This document shows positions 50,923-62,753 of a stretch of 64,000 nt of DNA, piece by piece. Position numbers and translations under genes: made by a program. The notes below the pieces were generated by a model, which did no database searches, was not told the DNA's origin, and saw only the letters and a program-made list of their open reading frames with translations. The stretch is from Hemiscyllium ocellatum (taxonomy: Eukaryota): NCBI RefSeq assembly GCF_020745735.1, contig NC_083425.1:16107575-16171574 (forward strand). Reading direction: 5' to 3'. Within the stretch, counting starts at the first letter, position 1. Every line of letters begins with the position of its first letter.

Positions 50923-52759
50923 AAGGTAAGACTGACCAATGATTTGATGATTTGTGATTCCTCCCCCAGGCTGTCACTGAATGGCAGGAGGTTCTAATGA
51001 GCACAAAAGGCAAGAGAGTCCCCCTCACTCAGCCAATTCATGTCGGAAGGAGGTGACAAAGCAGGCGATTGCCATGGGGTGGTCTAGAGGTCAATATGTT
51101 GAGAGACTGAATGAATTTCTTACTTTTGCCTGAGTGACAGTCAAACATTTTCTCTGTTATGTGCATGTTTGGACGGTCTTATGCATGGAATTGGCAAATA
51201 TTTAGTGCTTGGTTAGAAGGCTGAATGAAACAGGTCTGGAAGCACCTACACATAAACAATCAGAATTACAGTTTCAAATCGAATGAGACGACTCAGAGAT
51301 TTGTGTTTGCGTTTTCCAATCTGCCTTCTTCACTGAGCAATAAGGTGCCTCCTGTCACCACCAGGTCTATGCTGGAAAGCATGGAGGACCAACTGGACAT
51401 CAGGATGGTCAATGAAGAGGGACTTTCACCACTGCATCGAACCTCTTAACCCCTTTCTGTTGGGGATAGCCCCATTCCCTGTGTCCCCCCCCACTTCTGG
51501 TTTGTAACGTATGTGGCTCAGGGTGTCTCAAAAGTGAGATGATGCAGTTTGTGATGTCTAACAAAGCCATGCCCACCTTGAGGAATCAGACCTGATGATG
51601 TCAGGCTATGTGTTATTGCTCTGGAGAGACGTAGTCTGTGCTGACACTAGAAACCTTCAGGTAGATCATCCTCTTCTTTAATACTCTTCACACAGGGTAG
51701 GATGTTCTCTCTTGAAGGTCTGACTGCACTTGGTCACTTTGAGTTTCTGTTCCTTGCGCAGCACTCACTTGCTCATAAGCCTGGTCTGCAACTGTCCCTG
51801 GCCTCCTTTTCCTAATTTCCTCCTCACCTGAACAACTTTCCCCAGAGAGTACTGACCCCATGGGGACAGTGGTCACTGTATCTTTAGTTGGTACTTTCAC
51901 TCTCAAGCACACCCCAGCCTCGGATCCTCCTGTCTGTTTACTCTTCTCTTTCTGCTTCTTTAACCCCGTTTATCTTGCAGAGAAGTCGAGACAAATTCCC
52001 AGCTTAATACTTTCACCTTCAGCAACTGCTTTGTCCACGTGCTCTGATTTAACCTCACTGTAGACTTTCTCAACCACCCATCCAGCAACCAAGCATTGCT
52101 GGAAATCATTCCCCCATGTTGGCCTGCTTAGCACAATAAAATATAGTGGACGCCGTAAAATTCCAGACAACTGGCTCGTAAACCAGTTTAATTGCCATTT
52201 AGTTGATTGTTTAGTGAAGGTGGGTGTACTCGAGATTTTGGGTCAGCTCATTTTCTGTATTATCAGAAACTGGCATCACGACAGTCGGATTGATGAGCTA
52301 ATGTTGTTATAGACTGTTTTACAAAGAAGCAGGAGTGACACTCGTCTGCCACTGTTAAATCCAGCCTCATGTCTCTCGATCATTAATCCTGCAAACTAAG
52401 CATTGTGCACTCCTAAATGATTCCTATATGTGTCATTCTTTGTCCAAAAATAATTAAATTGGTTGCTTAGAGAACCGTGTTCGGACACTGAGGTAAATTC
52501 CAGATTGTGAGTGTAGGGGGAGCTGTTGACAAATGTTTCTCAAGGAAAGGTTTGGGCTCCTGTCTTCCCCAACACATGGGAACTACAAATACCTAGATAC
52601 GATATGTTTCAGACAAGTGGCTTCCAATGATTGTATTTGCTGTTATTGAAGCTTACTGTGTATAAGCTTGCTGTCATGATAGCTGCATAACTATAATAAA
52701 ATAATAACCAAAGAGCAGTTATGCAGAACTTTGGACCTCCCTGAATATGTGGTAAATAC

Positions 52760-52900
52760 AGAAACTAGGAACAGGAGTAGGCCATTTGGCCCTTCGAGCC
52801 TGCTCCTCCATTCAATATGATCACGACCGATCCTCTATCTCAATGCCATATCTGCACTTTCTCCCCGTACCCCCTTGATGTGTTTACATCTAAAAGCACA
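52760..52900 (-). mobile_element. CR1 3' end
   Basis: GGAACAGGAGTAGGCCATTTGGCCCTTCGAGCCTGCTCC. Confidence 0.8.
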
Positions 52901-54189
52901 TAAAACCAATGATGTTTCTCCCATAAGTCACAAAATAAAATCAATGGTTGGATTGTCCACAACTTGATGAAAATCAAATTGGCCCCCCAATGATAATCAG
53001 CTATTTCTGATTCCAATCCAGATATTAATCGAGATAGTTTGCACACATTTTTCTCCCTCCTCAGCTATCAGAGGTACTAACTCCTGCTGGGATCATGGCT
53101 GACCTCCAGAACCTCACCCAAGCTGCCATTCTCCAAGCGTGATGTCAGACAGTGTTCAGCAGGTTCCTTGATCACTGAATAAGGGAGGTCAGTACAGCCT
53201 TGTTTGAATTTGTCCTCACTCAATGCCTTGACTCACTTCCCCCTAGTTCCCCGCCCTGTTAGTTTGGGCACTTAGACTATTGGGGCACCTTAAATGGTGC
53301 CTTGTTTAAGATCAACTAAATTAGCACACAATACTGAAAAGCGATCTTTATGATTCAGTATTACGCCAGATGATGACAGTGCCCACTGACCCTATATTTG
53401 ACTTAACATATGGGATGGAATATATGGGGTGAATTTCTATGAGGAATTTCCTATTTCTATGTGGCAGGGAAACAGAAAGCTTGGCAAAGACGCATAAACT
53501 ATGTGTAAGTTTGTCATTTTAGTTAAATTTAAGGTAAACCCAAAACATAATCATTTACTCCCAGGTAGTCTGAAACATAGTTTTCTTTATTGTGGATTTC
53601 TGTCAACCAACTTTTCAAGAGCAAATAACGTCTCCAAGTCATCAATTCAATGTGATACGAATTATTAACACTTATTGAATTAAGGCAACATGTCAATAAA
53701 AATACTTATCTATAATCCGATGCAATGTCATGAAACTGGGCGAGTTTTGAAATTGTTACGTTCAGGAAAATTGTCAATGTTTCCTTGCAGAAAGCTTTTG
53801 CTGAGTGTTGAGGGTCCAGTTTGAGTAAAATTAGGAAAAATTGTGTTTACTATAACTTCTTCTGAGAATTCTTAATTCAATTTGTTGAAAAGGTCATTCA
53901 ACCTAATTGTTATGTGAAGATTTTCTTTTTGAATACTAATTGCAGTATCAGGATGTTGTGCTCTTAGTTCCTGCAATCTGCATAGCAAAGGGAGTCATGA
54001 GACTCCAAGCCTGATATTACACAATGCACTTCTAACGGTATAAGCTTCATTATAGATTTTTAATATCAAATATGATTGTTACTTTAATGCAGATATATTA
54101 ATGAGAGCTAAAAGAAGCAAATATGGCAGGTAATACGATTAGGGAATGAAAATTGCCATTTTGTGGAACACTTTTTGATGGAATTTAGA

Positions 54190-54660
54190 ATTTGGGGGCC
54201 TTTGGCTGCGACTGGTGTCCAAAGTGAATGGGAGTGCAAGAGAAGGATGAAGGGAACTAGGGAGGAATTTTCGAGCTGTGAGTGGTAACAGATAGGGAGG
54301 AATTTGACTGTGAAGGATGTTAAACAGGGTGAAGTGAATTTTAAATTAGAAACATTGTGGGATCGAGAACCAATATCCATGGTGAGGATTGCATGAATTG
54401 ATCATAGCTTTGTGTAATGTCTAAATATCATTCTTTTCCATTTATAGAACATGGGCACCGCTGCCTGACCCATTATTAATTACCTTGCAGAAGGGTATGG
54501 TGAACTGCCTTATTGGACAATGCAGTCTTTGGGGTGAAGGAACTATCTTAATACTACACTGAAGGGAGATCAGGATTTTGAACCAGTAACAGTAACACAA
54601 CAGTGATACAGTTTAAAGTCTGGATAGTATGTCACTTGGAGGGGAACTTGTGGGTAGAAG
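54190..54660 (-). mobile_element. Adjacent decayed LINE 3' fragments (L2-like 54190-54400; second CR1-group family 54430-54660)
   Basis: GTGAATTTTAAATTAGAAACATTG; CAGGATTTTGAACCAGTAACAG..ACTTGGAGGGGAACTTG. Confidence 0.55.
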
Positions 54661-55007
54661 CAGTAATCAAATTCAGTGTCAAGAAAACATATGCTTTCAT
54701 ATCTAAAAATGAGTACTACTAATTGCTTGGTAGACATATCACAACGTAAACTCAAATGATATTGTCTGCCAGTTAACTTCAATCAGATTTTGATTTAAGA
54801 AAATCAATTTGCTAATTGACTTTGGTACAGTATATTAAAAATCAAAATAAGGTTGAGATTTTGTGTTGAAAATCAGTTGACAATTCAGAGCGAGGTATAA
54901 ATTGCACAACACTAATGAAGTTGAAGTTTTCGCAAGGTTTGTGAAAGTTTGTAGCTCAGGTTGAGGTTTAGAGTTTAGGTTTGCTTGCTGAGCTGTAGGT
55001 TTGATAT

Positions 55008-55047
55008 CCAGACATTTCATTACCTGGCTAGGTAACATCATCAGTGG
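55008..55047 (-). ncRNA. Minimal type I hammerhead motif (family C)
   Basis: CCA-CTGATGA-T-GTTACC-TAGCCA-GGTAAT-GAAA-TGTC-TGG. Confidence 0.8.
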
Positions 55048-55953
55048 CGACCTCCAAGTGAAGCGAAGCTGTTGTCTCCTGCTTTCTATTTATATCTTTC
55101 TCCTGGATGGGATTCCTGGGTTTGTGGTGATGTCATTTCCTGTTCGTTTTCTGAGGGGTTGATAGTTGGCATCTAGATCTATGTGCTTGTTTATGGCGTT
55201 GTGGTTGGAGTGCCAGGCGTCTAGGAATTCTCTGGCATGTCTTTGCTTAGCCTGTCCCAGGATAGGTGTGTTGTCCCAGTCGAAATGGTGGTTTTTTTAT
55301 CCGTGTGTAGGGCTACGAGGGACAGGGGGTCGTGTCTTTTTGTGGCTAGCTGGTGTTCATGGCCTGGTGGCTAACTTTCTTCCTGTTTGTCCTACGTAGT
55401 GTTTGTGGCAGTCCTTGCATGGAATTTTGTAGATGACGTTGGTTTTGTCCGTGAGTTGTACTGGGTCTTTTAAGTTTGTAAGTTTTTGTTTGAGAATATT
55501 GGTGGGTTTGTGTGCTACTAGGATCTCCGCTATCAGGATTCATAGCAGAAGCGGTAATGCAAAGGCTAGAACAAACAGCCCTACCAATCATCAAACCAAA
55601 AATCTGGGGTCACTACCTTTGTCATCACAAAACGAAACAAGATAGAAGAGACACTTAACATCATCATCATCCCCCTGTCCTTCATAGCCCTACACACGGA
55701 TGAAAAAAACCATCATTTCGACTGGAACAACACATCTATCCTGGGACAGGCTAAGCAAAGACATGCAGAGAATTCCTAGAGGCCTGGCACTCCAACCACA
55801 ACGCCATAAACAAACAAGTAGGTCTAGATGCCATCTATCAACCCCTCAGAAAACGAACAGGAAATGACATCACCACAAACCCCAGGAACCCCATCCTGGA
55901 GAAAGATATAAATAGAAAGCAGGAGACAACAGCTTCGCTTCACTTGGAGGTCA

Positions 55954-55993
55954 CCACTGATGATGTTACCTAGCCAGGTAATGAAATATCTTG
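55954..55993 (+). ncRNA. Minimal type I hammerhead motif (family C)
   Basis: CCA-CTGATGA(55957-55963)-T-GTTACC-TAGCCA-GGTAAT-GAAA-TATC(C17=55990)-TTG. Confidence 0.78.
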
Positions 55994-56696
55994 ATATCAA
56001 ACCTACAGCTCAGCGAGCAAACCTACACCCTCAAGTTGAAGTTTGCATTGACACATACAGTTTAAAATTACAAATGGCAAATTTCAGTTAATTTTCCAAC
56101 ATGACGTCATTTTTGGTTGTAAAACGACTGAAATGTTATGTTATTGATCTTACAATAATGACATTGACATTGTGTGATGCAAAAGGATAGGAGATAGCAA
56201 GTCAGCATATCACTTCCTTCTCTCTTTACTATTATCTTCTGCCCCCCCTCCCCCCCCCTCCCAGTTTCTTGCTGGAAACCAGTTTTGCCTTAAAGTCTCC
56301 ATGGTTTATGATAACTCTCACAAAGGATATCAGTGACCTCAGCAAGTACAGCATATTCAATAGGCAATAATTAATAATAAAGCCCTTTTCATGTCTCTCA
56401 AACGAGCTTGTTATTGATACCCATGTCTTTCGATTCCTCATTCTCTTCCTTTAGTTAGCCTCAGTTGACTGACACTTTTTGGATTTTAGTGCATTAGCAA
56501 AATGTATAATAGCTATAAACAATGTACTAATTATTTGCATTTAACCATTACCTATTTACCATCACATTTTTTAATGTGTTGTCCCAATCCAGTCAAGATG
56601 GCGGAAGAGTAGGACACTCCAACTGGAGATCCTCCGCTCCTTCTGTTTCCTTCCTTTTTCCTCTTCCTTTCCCCCTTTGGTCTCTTGACAGCTCTC

Positions 56697-57305
56697 AGCC
56701 TGATCTCTCGGGGCTCATGGTGGATCTCGACCTGGTCTCTTGGGGCTTGTGGATAGTCACGGCCTGGTCTTTTGGGGCTCGTGGAGGGTTATGGCCCTGG
56801 TCTCTCGGTGGCTAATGGTGGGTCCCAGCCTGGTCTTTCAGAGCTCGTGGTGGGTCCAGGCATGGTCTCTCAGCAGCTCATGGTGAGTCCCAGCCTGGTC
56901 TCTCAGGGCTCGTGGTGGGTCCCGGCCTGGTCTCTCAGGACTCGTAGTGGGTCTTGGCCTGGTCTCACGGGGCCCGTGGTGGGTCCCGGCCTGGTCTCTT
57001 GGGGCTCATGGTGGGTCCTGGCCTGGTCTCACAGGACTTGTTATGGGTCCTGACCTGGTCTCCCGGGGCTCGTGATGGGTCCCGGCCTGGTCTCTCAGGG
57101 CTCATGGTGGGTCCTGGCCTGGTCTCTCGGGGCTCATGGTGGGTCCCGGCCTGGTCTCTCGAGACTCGTTATGGGTCCTGACCTGGTCTTCCGGGGCTCA
57201 TGATGGGTCCCGGCCTGGTCTCTTGGGATTCGTGGTGGGTCCCATCCTGGTCTCTCGGGGCTCATGGTGGGCACTGGCCTGGTCTCTCAGGGCTCATGGT
57301 CGGTC
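56697..57305 (+). repeat. GC-rich 32-bp minisatellite, about 19 units (one more unit at 59821-59853)
   Basis: Consensus GGCCTGGTCTCTCGGGGCTCGTGGTGGGTCCC; CCTGGTCT recurs at 56926, 56958, 56990, 57022, 57054, 57086 and onward. Confidence 0.97.
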
Positions 57306-59804
57306 AATAGACAATAGACAATAGGTGCAGGAGTATGCCATTCTACCCTTCGAGCTAGCACCACCATTCATTATGATCATGACTGATCATCCTCAGTCAG
57401 TATCCTGTTCTTGCTTTATCCCCATAATTCTTAATTCCATTATCTGTTTCTTGAAAGTATCCAGAAACGTGGTCTCCACAACTTTCTGGGGCAGACCATT
57501 CCATATACCCGCCACCCTCTGGGTGAAGAAGTTTCTCCTCAACTCTGTTCTAAATGGCCTACCCCTTATTTTTAAACTGTGTCCTCTGGTTTGGGACTCA
57601 CCCATCAGCGGAAACATGTCCTTGCCTCCAGAGTGTCCAATCCTTTAATAATCTTATGTCTCAATCAGATCCCCTCTCGGCCTTCTAAACTCAAGGGTAT
57701 ACAAGCCCTTTCGCTCCAATCTTTCAGCGTAGGATAGTTCCGCCATTACGGGAATTGACCTAGTGAACCTACGTTGCACTCCCTCAATAGCGAGAATGTC
57801 TTTCCTCAAATTTGCACACCAAAACTGCGCACAATATTCCAGGTGCGGTCTCACCAGGGCCCTTTACAGCTGCAGAAGAATGTCTTTGCTTCTATACTCA
57901 ATCCCTCTTGTTATGAAAGCCAGCATGCTATTACCTTTCTTCACTGCCTGCTGTATCTGCGTGCTTGCTTTCATTGACAGATGTACAAGAACACCTAGAT
58001 CTCGTTGTACTGCCCCTTTACCTAACATGACTCCATTTAGGCAGTAATCTGCCTTCCTGTTCTTGCCACCAAAGTGAATAACCACACATTTATCCACATT
58101 AAACTGCATCTGCCATGCATCTGTCCACTCACCTAGCCTGTCCAGGTCACCCTGTATTTTCCTAACATCCTCCTCACATTTCACCCTGCCACCCAGCTTT
58201 GTGTCATCAGTAAACTTGCTAATATTACTTTTAATACCTTCATCTATATCATTAATGTACATTGTAAAAAGCTGCGGTCCCAGCACTGATCTCTGTTGCA
58301 CACCACTGGTCACAGCCTGCAATTCCAAAAGGGAACCGTTTATCACTACTCTTTGTTTCCTGTCAGCCAATCAATTTTCAATCCATGTCAGTATTTTGCC
58401 CCTAATACCATGTGCCCTAATTTTGCTCACTAACCTCCTATATGGAACTTTATCAAAGGCTTTCTGAAAGTCCAGGAATACTACATCCACTGAATCTCCC
58501 TTGTCCATCTTCAGAATTACATCCTCAAAAAATTCCAGAAGATTAGCCAAGCATGATTTCCCCTTCATAAATCCATGCTGACTCTGACCTATCCTGTTAC
58601 TGCTATCCAGATGTGTCGTAATTTTATCCTTTATAATTGACTCCTGCACTTTTCCCGCCACTGAGGTCAGACTAACTGGTCGATAATTCTCTGTTTTCTC
58701 TCTCCCTCCTTTCTTAAAAAGTGGGACAACATTAGCCACCCTCCAATCCGCAGGAACTGATCCTGAATCTATAAAACATTGGAAAATGATCACCAATGCA
58801 TCCACGATTTCTAGATCCACCTCCTTCAGTACCCTGGGATGCAGATTATCAGGTCCCAGGGACTTATCAGCCTTCAGACCTAACAGTCTCTCCGACACCA
58901 TTCCCAGCCTAATATATATTCCCTTCAGTTCAGGTCCTTCAGCCACTATTACCTCTGGGAGATTGCTCATGTCTTCCCCAATGAAGACAGATATAACGTA
59001 TCAATTCAACTCTTCTGCCATTTCTTTGTTTTCCGTAATAAATTCACCCATTTCTGTCTTCAAGGGCCCAATTTTAGTCTTAACCATTTTCTTTCGTTTC
59101 ACATACCTAAAAAAGCTTTTACTATCCTCCTTTATATTTTTGGCCAATTTACCTTCATACTTTATTTTTTTCTTTGCGTATTTCCTTTTTAGTTATCCTC
59201 TGTTGTTCTTTAAAAGCTTCCCAGTCTTCTGATTTTCCACTCATCTTTGCTATGTTATATTTTTTCCCTTTTGTCTTTATATGATCCTTAACTTCCCTCA
59301 TCAGCCACGGCCACCCCTGCCTCCCCTTAGGATCTCTCTTTTCTTTTTGGAATGAACTGATCCTGCATCTTTTGCATTATACCCAGAAATACCTGCCATG
59401 TTGTTCCACTGCCATCCCTGGTAGGGTATTGCACCATTGAACTTTGGCCAGCTCCTCCCTCATAGCTCCATAGTTCCCCTTATTCAACTGAAATATTGTC
59501 ACTTCCGATTCTACCCTCTCCCTTTCAAACTGCAGATTAAAGGTTATTGTATTGTGGTCACTACCTCCTAGTGGCTCCTTTACCTCAAGGTCCCTGATCA
59601 AATCAGGTTCATTGCACAACACCAGATCCAAAATTGCTTTCTCCCTGGTAGGCTCCATCACAAGCTTTTCCAGGAATCCATCTCGGAGGCACTCCACAAA
59701 CTCCCTTTCTTGGGGTCCAGTACCATCCTGATTCTCCCAGTCTACCTGCATGTTGAAATTCCCCATAACAACTGTAGTAATATCTTTGCGACAGGCCAAT
59801 TTCA
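57306..59804 (-). mobile_element. 5'-truncated CR1 (EN C-terminus + RT + 3' end) inserted into the minisatellite
   Basis: VMGNFN; ILDLVL..GGSDHN; NYRPVSLTS; FLDFQKAFDKVP; FTDDTKLG; (ATTGTCT)n tail. Confidence 0.96.
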
Positions 59805-60419
59805 GATCCCCAAGAGACCAGGGTCCCAGCCTGGTCTCTCGGGGCTCGTGGTGAGTATCAGAGAGGCTGCAGTTTCAGCAGTAGCAACGGTATCTATGGC
59901 GGCATCATGAAGAGCAGACAACAGAGCGAGATAAGCAGAGGACCCATCAAAGACTTGAACTTATAACATTCCTTTATGTTCCTATTTTAAACTACAAAAG
60001 ACTTTAATGTAAACTATTACCTATTTCTTTATTTTTCTACTATTTTCTGAAGCAATGTTTAACTTTTTAACTCTTGTTTCTTTTACTACTTTGTACGTAA
60101 GGTTGTTTTGTATCTAGGTACCTTTGGTACCTAAAATGCTGCCATGTGTGGTGACAGTATACACGTTTCACTGTACTCCCTTAGTCCTGTACTCCTGTAC
60201 TTGAGTATACATGGCAATAAAAATCTAAAATCTGAATCTAAAAATCTAAATCTGCTTCAGCCAATTAGCCCTCATATCTGCATAATTTTCTTTACTAAAA
60301 TATAACAACCTGACTTTAAGTTGAACTAATTAATTTTCAAAAATAATGTAAAATTCTCTCATATTATACCACTCATCCTTAAAGGTTCTGTTACTTAATC
60401 ATTAATTGGCCCTTTCTCA

Positions 60420-60501
60420 CAACCATCTGATGAAGGAGCGACACTCCGAAAGTTTCTAATTAAACCTGTTGGACTATAACCTGGTGTTGTGTGCTTTTTA
60501 A
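60420..60501 (+). mobile_element. PLE family B stub with hammerhead
   Basis: 8-bp TSD CTTTCTCA at 60412-60419 and 60502-60509; CTGATGA-A-GGAG-CGACA-CTCC-GAAAG. Confidence 0.8.
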
Positions 60502-61247
60502 CTTTCTCAGTGTATAATACTAAATCTCAAATAGCTGTTCTCTGGTCTATTCTTCAACATATTGTGCTCAAAAACTATCCTTTACACACTCCAGAAACTT
60601 ATCCTCTGTCGTGCTAATGAGGTTCATGAGGTTTACCCAATTTGTATGCAGATTGAAGTCACCCGTGCTTCTCTAATCACTTGATTAATACCATGCTGAA
60701 TGCCATCGCTATTTGGTGATGGTTGATAAGCAAGTACTACCAAAGTTTTCTGTCTTTGTTGTTTCTTAGCACCACTCAAACAGATTCCACAGGTCTTCTT
60801 CCTTCTGATTGAAATCTTGCCCCGTTGAACATACTGATTCCATCCCTTATTATCAGTGCGACATCATCTCCATTTCCTTTCTGTCTAAATGGCGAATGTC
60901 CGTGAATGTTCAGTTCCCAGTTATAGCCATCCTGCAGCCACATTTCTGCCATGGCAACTATATCAAACCTGTTTACCTCTATTTGTGCCTTTCATCATCA
61001 GTTTTGTTCCAAATGCTGCATACAACCAGCGAGAGAGTACCCTTAACTCGGTCCTTTTGACATTATTCCACATTCAAAGCTTTAATTGATGCTCAATTCC
61101 ATTTTGCCTGCTTTCTAAACTGACTTGCCATTTTTCTTTTGCATACTGTTACCAGTTAGACCTCCTTCTAATTTGAGCTATGCCTTCGGTTCTCATTCAC
61201 TTGACCTCTCCAGTAATCTGAATTCATAATCAAACTGTGAGAATGTA

Positions 61248-61657
61248 TGGAGATGCCAGTGTTGGACTGGGGTGTACAAAGTTAAAAATCACACAACACC
61301 AGGCTAGAGTCCAACAGGTTTAATTGGAAGCACTAGCTTTCAGCCCAGATAATGCATTGAATACATTACCTGGGCAGACACCAATTGTTTAAGAATGTAA
61401 CTTTTAAAAAAATGTTTTGTGATTTACATATGAAAGAAGTGAAACTAACATTGTCATTCTAACAGATGAGAGACTTAACAAACAATCAAGGTATTCTTCA
61501 ATGTATAATTTCAGTTACATCACACTGTAAACTTTTGCTATAAATTCTGTGTCTTACAATCGTGTACTCCACAACCACCTGATGAAGGAGCAGCACTCTG
61601 AAAGCTGGTGATTTTAATTAAACCTGTTGGACTATAACCTGGTGTTTTGCTATTTGT
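61248..61657. mobile_element. PLE family B inverted terminal pair with hammerhead at 61576-61610
   Basis: 15-bp TSD AACTGTGAGAATGTA at 61233-61247 and 61658-61672; CAC-CTGATGA-A-GGAG-CAGCA-CTCT-GAAA-GCTG-GTG. Confidence 0.9.
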
Positions 61658-62303
61658 AACTGTGAGAATGTAATTCTTAGTCAGACCTGGTTAACTGTAT
61701 CCCATCAGCTCCTACAGGACCCACCTCCTCTAGACACAGTCTCAGTTCCTCAGAGATCTGATGCTATCTCTTCTGTGCCAATTTTCCAGCCACACGTACA
61801 ATTTAACAATACACCTACTTCTATGCTCATTGCCACGTGGCATTAGGACTAATTCTGAGATTACTATTTCTGAGGTCCTGCTTTTTAATTTCTTCCCTGA
61901 CCCTTCCAAATCGGCTTTCAGGATTGCATCCTTCTTCTGCCCCAGTCATCAGCACCAATGTGGACCACGGTCTCTGACTGTTCTCACTCCTCAGAATAAT
62001 GTCTTGCAGCCATTCTGTGACATCCTTGACCCCAGCACCGGGAAGGCAATTTACCACCCTGAGAGTCATGTTTATTATTGAGGAAATGCCTATCAGATCC
62101 CTGATTATTGCGTCTCCAGTCATTGTTATTTTTCTTTCTCGCCAACTGCATCACCAAGTCACCCACAATGCCACAGCCTTGGTTCTGACTGCAGCATCAG
62201 TTTCCAAAATGGAAAACCATTTCGCAAGCAAAATTGACTAAGTGAACTCCTGTACTGTCCGCCTCATTCTCCTAGACTCCTTGGTGGTCACTCATTCCTT
62301 CCA

Positions 62304-62406
62304 GACAGCATCCACTGCTCCTCGGATGCTGCCTGAACTGCTGTTCTCTTCCAGCACTACTAATCCAAAATCTGGTTTCCAGAACCTGCAGTCATTGTTT
62401 TTACCT
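62304..62406 (+). mobile_element. PLE family A terminal stub
   Basis: 14-bp TSD ACTCATTC(C/A)TTCCA at 62290-62303 and 62407-62420. Confidence 0.88.
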
Positions 62407-62753
62407 ACTCATTCATTCCATACATGTAGGCTGTAAATATAAAGGTATTCTGAGAATTTTACATTATATAGGTCTTTCTTTTAAATGTAGTATCCAAGAA
62501 GTAAAATGATAGTGACTGTTTTCTGTGGAACTTAAATTTGGCAGTTGGAGATTGGAGGCAAATAGATTACTTGGCAAGTACAGCAATCCAATACTTTAGC
62601 TGGGCCATTCTCCTGGCTCTTTAATGTGATCGAGGTGTATAGATCTGTTCCTGGTAGCTGGAACTTTTCCTTCTCAACTCCACTTAGTTCTGAGAATTAG
62701 TGCCCAAACAAACAAAATTATTTTTACTGGGAAAGCAACAGAAAGTTCCAAAG

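Larger units (their letters stand above)
54930..56032. mobile_element. PLE family C insertion: minus-strand GIY-YIG + pLTR, and plus-strand RT fragment + GIY-YIG end + pLTR
   Basis: 12-bp TSD AAGTTGAAGTTT at 54918-54929 and 56033-56044. Minus: NVIYKIPCKDCHKHYVGQTGRKLATR. Plus: GSPLSGFIAEAVMQRLE..KIWGHY, then FDWNNTSILGQ..EFLEAWHS. Confidence 0.93.
56585..60253 (+). mobile_element. Putative non-autonomous VNTR-containing retroposon with a Rex1-like 3' tail, split by a CR1
   Basis: 5' CAAGATGGCGG; internal 32-bp array; 3' TTCACTGTAC..GAGTATACATGGCAATAAA followed by (AAATCT)n. Confidence 0.6.
60260..62440 (-). mobile_element. Old decayed CR1 (ORF1 esterase + EN), hosting three PLE stubs
   Basis: GDAIIR..VNCLPGAGVKDVTEWLQ; EN-like MAITGN. 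Confidence 0.7.

Noticed and set aside
50958-51057. Possible internal exon (AVTEWQEVLMSTKGKRVPLTQPIHVGR)
   Set aside because: The acceptor is plausible, but the donor is weak, no homology is recognised and the surroundings look like transposon relics.
47880-52170. Harbinger-like DNA transposon relic (possible TIR CGTAAAATTCCAG near 52154-52166)
   Set aside because: No matching second TIR, TSD or translatable transposase motif could be confirmed.
56697-57305. 32-bp periodic array as a CRISPR array or a repetitive protein (ORFs 56576-57324)
   Set aside because: Units are contiguous with no unique spacers, the context is eukaryotic with no cas genes, and the 32-bp period is not a multiple of 3.
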